The position numbers and the translations under genes are program-made. A stretch of DNA of 59,120 bases, the filler included, from Nemertoderma westbladi (taxonomy: Eukaryota > Animalia > Xenacoelomorpha), in assembly GCA_032718475.1 (NCBI GenBank). It is 2 parts of 2 records of this genome, joined end to end, with 100 filler letters (N's around TTAATTAATTAA, not from the genome) between each part and the next. Parts side by side here need not be neighbours in the genome. Positions count along the whole stretch, not along the records: positions 31,279 to 59,120 come from JAUCBJ010000625.1; 1 more part is not named here. One strand, written 5' to 3'. Positions 47,924-56,761 of the stretch are shown in pieces; the first letter of the stretch is position 1, and every line of letters begins with the position of its first letter. Under the pieces are notes generated by a model that saw only the letters and a program-made list of their open reading frames with translations, was not told where the DNA came from and made no database searches.

Positions 47924-50463
47924 ATGGACCCAAATCGCCAAATTATCGGCGAATTACGTAACACGATAGATCTACTGGAATATTCGCAACCTGGATCCCC
48001 TGACTTTGATACAAATTGGAGCACCCTGCTAAATGAGAACGTGCGAGTCATTAAATTCACCGGGCGAGAGGGACCGGATTCTAAGAATCTACGAGCCCTC
48101 CGGTTAGCCGATGCTAGTACGAGACTGAAAAGAACTCGGAACGCAAAGGCAACCGGAGGGGACAATTCGTCGTTTTGGGAAACGTTCCGGCAGAGCGTCT
48201 ACAGATCCCGATGTTTGATCTACGACAACGAGGGAAACGCGACGCCCACCTCGAAAGCGATTACGTTGGCGAGATGTCAAAGTTTCGTCGACGACAAGAG
48301 TACGTACCTCGCCCACTGGGGAAACCTGTCGGAGTGTACGGCGACGCTTCGAGAGGAACGCATATCGATTATCCAAAACCGCGACGACTACCAGGAAAAG
48401 TACGGGGCGAAAGAATACGGTCAATCCTTAATCGTCGTCCTCGGAACCCTGGACGGTTTGGTACTGGTGTGCCGAATATTCCCGACACCCAGACAGGAAG
48501 TGCAGGCAGCCGGAGCGATCTGGTTGCTACCTCCGGAAATCCAAAAGATCCTCTTCGACTTCGACGTCATTAAAATCGGGTCGGATATCAAGGCGGACGT
48601 CCGGAACGACTACGCGAACGCTCCTGCAGGAAGAAACTGACGAGACGACCTCAACGCCCTTAGCCATTGCATCGACACTCAAACGCTACTAGCCTGGTTA
48701 CGATTCGCCGAGTTCATGCGAGGATTCCAAGAGGTGAGACCGACGAAATCCGGGATCGGCTACCTCGCTGTGCTAAACGGCGGTATCGACTTCAAACCCC
48801 AGAAATTCCGGGACTATAATAAAATATATGGTGGATACCCGGGATTAGAAATAAAGAGCGAGCGAGAGGGTCGATGGAAGGACGTTGATCGGAAGTGGAC
48901 GATACACCAAAGGTGGGAGAAACCCGATCGACGGAACTACGTTTACGTCGTTATGGAACGTTGCTAAGTTTATCTGTAAAACTCTCGATAACCTTATTAC
49001 GGCGGTCCCCCTTTCCTTCGTCGACTACGACTGGAACGAGGTCATACACCACGCGTTCAAAGCGGTCGAGAACATCGCACCGGGAGAGACTAAAACGCTC
49101 GCTGTTATCGATTCCTGGGACGAGAGCGGACCTTACGACATCCCTACGATTACCGAACTTCTCGGTGCGGAGGAGCCTCTGATCTCTTCGGAAGGGGAAG
49201 AGATATGGCTAAACGAGGGTGTTCTACTCTCCACCCCGAAGCGACAACTCGAGCCGGAGGCCGCTTACCAACCGGCCGCCAAACGGGTTGCCCCCACCGT
49301 ACCAATTACGGAAGCAGGCGTTTCCTCACCACTCGGCTTCGGTAGCCCTGTGAGGGAGTTGGTTACTACCTTCGCGTTAAACGACTTCGGCGATACGTGC
49401 CAAAGGTTATCCCCGTATCCTTTCCCGGGTGGCGAAGACTGGTCGTCGGAGATTCCGAGTACCAGCAATCAACGGACCCGCTCAGCAATATTGGTCGAGA
49501 AGGGCCCCAGAGGCCCTTTGCCGACCAGAGGTGGCTACTACACCCGCCGTTCCTCAGGACCCTATGCGACTAACCCGCTGGTACGCCGAGCAAACTGAAT
49601 GGATCCACCGCCAGAAACGGTCGTCCGAGTTGAGACCAGCGGGACACAAAGAAGGTTATCGGAGCGAGAACCTACTACGCCAAAGCCTAGCATTCCGCGG
49701 GCTACCGACCACCGCTATTATTCCGAAGAGTGACCGACGACTCGAATATTACGTCGGCCTCCCGATTCCGATATTCCCCGGTCGAGAGATGCAATTGGAG
49801 GTTTGCGGCAACTGCGGTTCGGAACAGTGCCCACGCGGTAGAAGGAATCGGGTTACCGATTCGTGCCTCCAGCTCATCGGGATACTCTATTGCCCATACT
49901 GCGCGACATCGGGCCACGACGTTTCCGTCTGCCCGATCCTATATAACCTCTGTACCACGTGCGGTTTCCGTGGACATTCCTCTAGCCCCCGCTGCTATAT
50001 CAAATGTCCAACCAAGGACGTAACCGCTATGGGAAATATGGTCATGTTTGAAACATACGCAAACAGCCACTTAAAGACCAAGGTTCGGAGAAACGCTCGG
50101 AATATCGCGCAGGAGATGGCGTGCGGGTATTTCTCCTTCCCGGAACGCCTCCACACGTCGGCCACGCTACCTTTCCATTACGTGGATCTGCTACTGAGCG
50201 CCGGATTATTCGGTCCATTTGAAGTCATTAGACGATTATACTCGTATAAAGAGGAGTTCGGTGACGGAGAATGGTTCCTAGAGGCACGCAAATCTGAGTT
50301 GGAAAGATGAACCGACATGATCCCTATGCCATCGAAAGGAAGAGCCGCCAGGAGACAAGCCGAAGCGTTACTCACGATGGATGTGGACGCTCCTCTACCA
50401 GCCATAGCGATCGATGAGAGTCGACGGGCGAAGAGACGAAAGGCATATCAGAGAAAGAAATAG
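47924..50463 (+). pseudogene. Accessory ORF (~840 codons reconstructed): putative DEDDy 3'-5' exonuclease-like domain, linker, tandem zinc knuckles and basic tail
   Basis: 47924-48640 and 48716-48967 are one frame split by TGA. Frameshifts lead into 48885-49598 and 49429-50310, and after TGA 50310 the frame runs on to RRAKRRKAYQRKK* at 50463. Motifs are SLIVVLGTLDGLVLVCRI..LPPEIQKILFDFDVIKIGSDIKADV..IDTQTL..KSGIGYLA and YCPYC...GH....CP.....CTTCGFRGH. Confidence 0.7.
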
Positions 50464-50629
50464 TGGGTCGGGATATTCCAGGAACATTTATCGAACATTT
50501 ATTTTTTATACAAACTCTAGGCCAAATTAATTAAAAACTATGCAATATTAAATTTGGGTTTTTTATATTGGGAATGACCTACGCAAACTCAATCTACCGA
50601 CAGACTTCACGAAGGTCATTGGGGGGGAC

Positions 50630-52229
50630 TGTTCGCGGTATTTCAACTTTCCATAACGCGAGTTGAATATTTTTGTATTTATTTAAAATTGATTATTCCG
50701 ATATTACTACTGGGTGCGGGACCATGGGTTTTGGGCACTTTCAATAAACTGGGGGCGATTTATGGGCGAACTTTGGGGCGACTTACAGGGTACGGGACTA
50801 ATTTCATGTTTATAAGGGCCAGTGGGGGATGGAAAATTCAAGCAGTATTCAGGTTAGCCTGAGTACTATTAGGCCCTGGCCAACTTCCTGCTGCCTGTAG
50901 GGGTGGATTTGGTAATGCGCCAGGCCTAAAGGACAAGGACTGCCCTTAGCAGTCCCTGGCCAACAGCAGCTATTACGAGACTGAAAAGAACTCGGAACGC
51001 TGACTGCTTGTGTCAGGGATTTGCGACGGGAAACGACAGCCCCTTAGTAGCCAAGCCGTTCTGGTTCTCGATGATCGAACCCTTCGGGGTTCGTGAGGGG
51101 TGGAACGGACACGCGAACGGGTGGCCGACTAACGACTGCCCCCTGAGCTAAGCCGTACTGGTTCTCGATGACCGATCCCTTCGGGGTTCGCGAGGGGTGG
51201 GACGGACATGCGAAAGGGCTGGCCACAGGACGGGTTTGACGAGGACTGCCCTTAGCGGTCTCTGGTCAACGGCAGCTATTACGAGACTGAAAAGAACTCG
51301 GAACGCTGACTGCTTGTACCGGGGATCTGCGACGGGAACCGACGACAGACCCCTTAGCCAAGCCGTACTGGTTCTCGATGATCGTTCCCTTCGGGGTTCG
51401 TGAGGGGTGGGACGGACACGCGACGGGGTCGAAAGACAAAGGACTAGACTCTACTGGCCTACCGACTGTTCGGAGCAGTTTCTCGGCTGCCGAAGCGACT
51501 ACGAGCCTGAAAGGGACTCGGAAAGCCTAGGTGATTGGGTTTCTGCGATGAACCGACGGACCCCTAGCCAAGCCGTTCTGGTTCTCGATGATCGAACCCT
51601 TCGGGGTTCGTGAGGGGTGGAACGGACACGCGAACGGGTCCACCAACACGACAGACTCCTAGCCAAGCCGTACTGGTTCTCGATGATCGATCCCTTCGGG
51701 GTTCGAGAGGGGTGGTACGGATACGCGACAGAGTCTACCGACTGGACCGACCCTTAGCCAAGGCGGGCTGGTTCTTGATGATCGTTCCCTTCGGGGTTCG
51801 TGAGGGGTGGAACGGACACGCGACAGGGTCGACCGACACCGACACTACGGCACTAAGACTAGGACCGAGGGAAAATCTGGGGAACATTAGGTAGGCTAAA
51901 ATCTGAGCGAACAGTGGGTAATTAAATAATATACCGTAGGGATTTATATTGTAATGTATAATTATTGTGAATATTTGGTGTATATTGATTTGGGGAAGCC
52001 CAAAATTATTCTTAATCAGGGTGCAATATTGTTGACCAGGTTCAACAGAGTTCAGTTACATTAAAGAGTATATCCAACTAATGCAGCTTTTTCTCAACCG
52101 CAACCTGCATCTCAGAAATCATTCCTTCTCCACAATCAATATCCGGTGACTGGCCGGGGCTCGGTGGTCTGTAAAGTCACGTCTCCAGCATCGGCGTTTT
52201 TCCCCCCTGGTGTTGGGATAACGGCAACA
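50630..52229 (+). repeat. 3' LTR (1.6 kb) with internal arrays of hairpin modules
   Basis: Follows the PPT and ends AACA + TSD. It has six copies of TGGTTCTYGATGAYCGWWCCCTTCGGGGTTCG and three of TACGAGMCTGAAARGRACTCGGAA. Confidence 0.92.
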
Positions 52230-52943
52230 CTACTGCTGCTGTAAATAATCGGACCTTAAGTTTCCGATGAATTCTGTGTGCCTTCCAAATCCTGGAAAGC
52301 CTATTCAAGGACACCCATATCTTTCCCTACGTATTCGAAGGTCCTCACCTAAATTTCGCATCCATGATCCCAGGTAACAGAAGTCGTCCACATCCTTTGA
52401 GCTTATGCTCATCTGGTCAGAGACTTGCTGAGGACTTTCAAAGTTAACTGTCAAAATCTTGGTCTTTTTGGAGTACCTGATACGTTAATGTTAGAGATTC
52501 AGCCAATCAAGGGATCACCTAACGTTGCTGCCTCCTATTATAATAGACGCCTATAGCCAATGTACAGGATCATTCGACATAATCTGGATATGATAGATGG
52601 CTACATTGTAATCAACGAATGCATGATTCCACTAGGCCCCTTTTACGATTTCATCACAAATTGCAGCGGGTTATCTTATTCCAACTTTACCACACTTGGT
52701 ATTATTGGGGTTTAAGGGTGAATCTGTGAAGCATTGTGGTATTGCGTTATAGTTAAGTGTTATAGTTAAGTTACCCCTGTGTATGTGATATAAATGGAGG
52801 CCCCGAAATTAAGCAAAGAGGCCCAATACATTGTTTGCGAACTAAACGCCATAAATAAGGAGTTAAAACCCAATAGTGGAGGTAATGCCCACGATTTCCC
52901 GCTTCCAAACGATGCGACAGCCAAATGCGTATTATCAGTGCCA

Positions 52944-53660
52944 ATAAGCGGGATACTTACTGTAAGAATCTCAGGGATACTTTCTGTAAAAATCTCAGGA
53001 TACATTACACTGACTGACATACTGACTGACATACTGACTGATAATTATCTAGGTTAAGGCACTTCCTGCCTGGCGATTTTGATAAAATTTTGCAAGTACA
53101 TTGCTTTGGTGGTTCATAATCGCGTTACAAAATTTCAGATCGATTCTATGTGTGGTATTCGATATATTTAGTTTTTTGACATTGTTTTGTCGCGAAATTA
53201 AAAGCAATGGTAAAATAACAGCTGGTGTTCATGATGAAATATGGCTTAATATGTTATACACAGTCATAGAAAAACGTGTTGGTTGCCAAGTTTTACTAGT
53301 AGGCTATAAGGAAACTCACACATAAGCTGTTGGTTTCTAATGTATTACCCCATAAGCTGATTGCTCTCCCAGTGCTTCCTAAGGGTATATCTACAATAAG
53401 GTTACTCACTCTGCTATGTTAGGGGGTGGATCAGGAGAATGAATTTTAGTTACACAAAGCAGTGTGTTGTGTCCTATTGCAGTCGATACTCACTGTGGAT
53501 TGCAAAATGTTTTATAGTTGACCTACACTATAATACAGTAGTTGCATGTATTTAAGGAGCCCGCTCTGGCCTACCGCCTAAGGAGTACCTATATTACATA
53601 TTCACATAGAATTCACTGGGTAGAGATATTCCGCTTGACGACGGGGTAATACCTATAGAA
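52944..53660 (+). mobile_element. Dispersed, diverged HINE-like element (third subTIR type)
   Basis: Shares TTACTGTAAGAAT, a (CTGA) microsatellite, CGATTTTGATRAAATTTT and AGCTGGTGT..TGATGAAA.ATGGCTTA with the 9460-14253 units. The candidate subTIR pair is AAGCGGGATA / TATTCCGCTT. Confidence 0.55.
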
Positions 53661-54285
53661 GGAAACTAAATTTGTTATTTGGCTCTATTCGTTGTTATTT
53701 ATCTGGTTGTGCATCATGGGCATTTTTTATAAATATTCGGTAATCGCATCTTATATCTTGTAAACGTGCTTGATAATGAAATTATTTGCTTCATATTATA
53801 TTTTTGTTAGTGGTAGCTAAGTTGCATTTTTTATTATGTGGGGCGAGCCACAAAGTCAGCTAGCCTCACGCCTTGCAGTTTAGACAATTTTAGTTTAATT
53901 ACTGCTGACTGACATAGTTCTTTGTAATAGTCTTGGCTAGGATTTTTCCCCCGGGCTCCTTCCAGCCAGCTTGCTGGCTTTCTAGTTATATTACGCATTT
54001 AATAATACTGTGACGGGATCAAGGGATCCCGACCGGATGAATAAGCTACGCGTCACCGTAGTAGTGAAATATTAAAATATGAGTTTGTTGTTATCTCTTT
54101 GATACTTTGAATGTTAATATTGAATATGGGTAATAATGATGGGCAACTGAATAATAGCACAATAAAGGGTAACGGATGGTATAGTTTCGATGGGTACCGG
54201 TATGTGGATATATTGGTGACGGTGAGGATTGTCACCGGTCTGCACTAAAACCAAATTAGGTGGGACTGTGAGTGTCAGGGGCTAG

Positions 54286-54378
54286 TGGCTGAGCTGGTTA
54301 GCGCTACTGATGAGGCCTGTTAGGCCGAAACGTACGTATAGCGCTGGTTCAACCCCCGGTGACGCGCTCCCATTTTTT
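54286..54378 (+). promoter_or_regulatory. Pol III type-2 internal promoter (A box 54286-54297, B box 54346-54356) and T6 terminator (54373-54378)
   Basis: TGGCTGAGCTGG fits TRGCNNARYNGG, GGTTCAACCCC fits GGTTCRANNCC, and TTTTTT follows downstream. Confidence 0.7.
54299..54346 (+). ncRNA. Type I hammerhead ribozyme with a minimal palindromic stem III
   Basis: TAGCGCTA-CTGATGA-GGCCT(GTT)AGGCC-GAAA-CGTAC-GTA-TAGCGCTG: 8-bp stem I, intact CUGAUGA/GAAA core, 5-bp stem II, and a GUA cleavage triplet at 54336-54338. Confidence 0.9.
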
Positions 54379-55855
54379 CCACTTCTGAACAAACCCATAA
54401 TATTACACCTAAAACCAATAACTGATAACTGACTGATTCACAGACCGGTAGCAGGATAATATATATGTGATTACTCCTATACTACTGCGGCCTTTCACCT
54501 AGTGGATGCTCTCCCTCGCCCCTATTGGCTGATAATCTACTTCACGCCTCTCCCCTCTCTGGGAGTGCTTCCCCCTGCTGTTGGCCCCTGCTGGTTGTTT
54601 CCCCTCCCGAGGTGGATTGACCTCTAACCTTCCTTTGTGTGGCTTTGGGGTTTGTGTTGTCCCCGGTGTTGGTTGTGATACGAGATTGGTTATTGCCAAT
54701 CTCGTATCTCCAACATATTGCTGAAAAGGGTGCCACTTCCCAAATTTGTGAGGGTAGTGCGGCGGAATTGAATCCGCATACACTCCCCCCCATGCTATCT
54801 TCCCGGTGAGAAGATAGCATCACCTGTAAGTGCGCTTCAATTCCGCTGGAACCCGATCTATTATCGGGTGTGGGGTGGAGTTCTTTTCTTGGAGTCGGCT
54901 TTCCAGGCCGCTCCCTCTGGGTATGATGTTACTACCCCTTCTTGGTGCAACCGCAACCTATGTTGCACCAAGACATCTGACGTCTCTGTTTGAGACAATT
55001 GTGGACTCCTCACACAATTTTAAAAACTCCTCTCACTCTAAGTTCACTCTAACTCCACTTCAGCTCCACTCTAACTCCACTCTACTCTATCTTACTCGCT
55101 CCCCACACCCGAATCGCACTCCTCTCACTTTCCCTCATCGTGTCAACACCTCCTCCATTCTTCCCCCCGATTCCCATTCTCGCTTTCATCCCTTATACAC
55201 TTATTGGGCCCCACACATGTTCGCATCATGTTAGTGGGAGCCGTCTAAGTCCCGCCCTGTCGCCCTAGTCAATTAGTCCCCAGTCCCAGTAGCTAATTGG
55301 AAAAAGGTTGTACTTGACTACGGTACATACTGTATAATATATATATGAGTTATATATAACAATTAATTATTATAATTATATATTATATATTATATTATAT
55401 GCTCGTCTACATGACGCGCCTTAACCCCCTCGCTCGGAGGTGATATGACTCGTCACTCCCAGTCTCGCCCGTTTCATTCTTTCTCCGCCTTTCTCGTTTG
55501 GCGACTTCTTCCAGTCGCTTCTCCTCAAGTCTATCCGCTTCCAACTTCTCCCACCTCTGATATGGTGTATCCAAATCCACCTCCCTGTCTACTAGATGCC
55601 GGTTGTTGTAGTACACCGACTTGCCCTTCAGCCCCGGGTGGTCACCAGACCTTCGAAGGTCACCTTGAAGGCTCTTCTGTAGTTCGGGGGTGGTCCTGAT
55701 ATTCTTAATTTTAATTTTGATTTTTTTTGTTTTATCTGTATTTGCCCCTGTTCTGTGCTATCATCGTACCCACCTCTTTACTTGTCTCTTACTATGTACT
55801 TACTACTTACTGCTATGGTGTGTTGTATCCATATACCATATTCTCTACTCTATTA

Positions 55856-56660
55856 CTGCTAACTCTACTAACTCCACTAGCTCTACTAACTCTACTAACT
55901 CCCTAACTCTACTAACTCTCTAACTCTAACTCTACTAACTCTCTAACTCTACTAACTCTCCAACTCTACTAACTCTCCAACTCTACTAACTCTCCAACTC
56001 TACTAACTCTCTAACTCTCTTATTCCAACGGTACTATGTACCTTCCTACTACCCTCGTGGTATGTCTCTATACCACACTCCCTATTCTTCTAAATCTAAC
56101 GGTACTATGTACCCTCTTACTCCCGTGGTATGTCTCTATACCACACTCCCTGATCTCTAACTTCTAACTCTTACGGTACTATGTACCCTCTTACTCCCGT
56201 GGTATGTCTCTATACCACACTCCCTGATCTCTAACTTCTAACTCTTACGGTACTATGTACCCTCTTACTCCCGTGGTATGTCTCTATACCACACTCCCTG
56301 ATCTCTAAATCCAACAGTACTATGTACCCTCTTACTCCCGTAGTTATGTCTCTATACCACACTCCCTGATCTCTAACTTCTAACTCTTACGGTACTATGT
56401 ACCCTCTTACTCCCGTGGTATGTCTCTATACCACACTCCCTGATCTCTAACTTCTAACTCTTACTCTTACTAACTTCTATTAACTTTCTAACTCTTACTA
56501 ACTTCTGCTAACTTTGTAACTACTACTAACTTTCTAACTACAACTAACTTCTGCTAACTTTCTAACTACTACTAACTTTCTAACTACAACTAACTTCTGC
56601 TGACTTTCTAACTACTACTTAGTGCTACGTACTATCTAATACTATCACTTTCTGACTTTC
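55856..56660. repeat. Tandem repeats in the BEL 3' region: CTCTACTAACT-type short repeats and about six copies of a ~60-75-bp unit
   Basis: GTACTATGTACC..CGTGGTATGTCTCTATACCACACTCCCT is repeated across 56030-56465. Confidence 0.9.
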
Positions 56661-56761
56661 TCCTTTCTAACTTTCTTTCTATTATTTTATTTTATTTTTT
56701 TATTTTAATATTTTGCGTGGGAAGGGCGTTTCGCCCTCAATCCCACCCCCCTCAGTCCAAC

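Larger units (their letters stand above)
41648..52229 (+). mobile_element. BEL/Pao LTR retrotransposon, ~10.6 kb, internally deleted and non-autonomous, with an extra 3' ORF
   Basis: TGTT...AACA termini, 5-bp TSD CTACT (41643-41647 and 52230-52234), PPT GGGGGGGAC at 50621-50629, and BEL-type gag and C-terminal pol motifs. Confidence 0.93.
54009..54782 (-). mobile_element. 3' LTR of the second BEL/Pao element
   Basis: Minus-strand PPT GGGGGGGAG (54783-54791) is followed by TGTATG...TCACA; the ends are homologous to 33975-34515. Confidence 0.8.

Noticed and set aside
54274-54363. tRNA gene
   Set aside because: It has A and B boxes, but the anticodon region is replaced by a hammerhead and no canonical cloverleaf forms.
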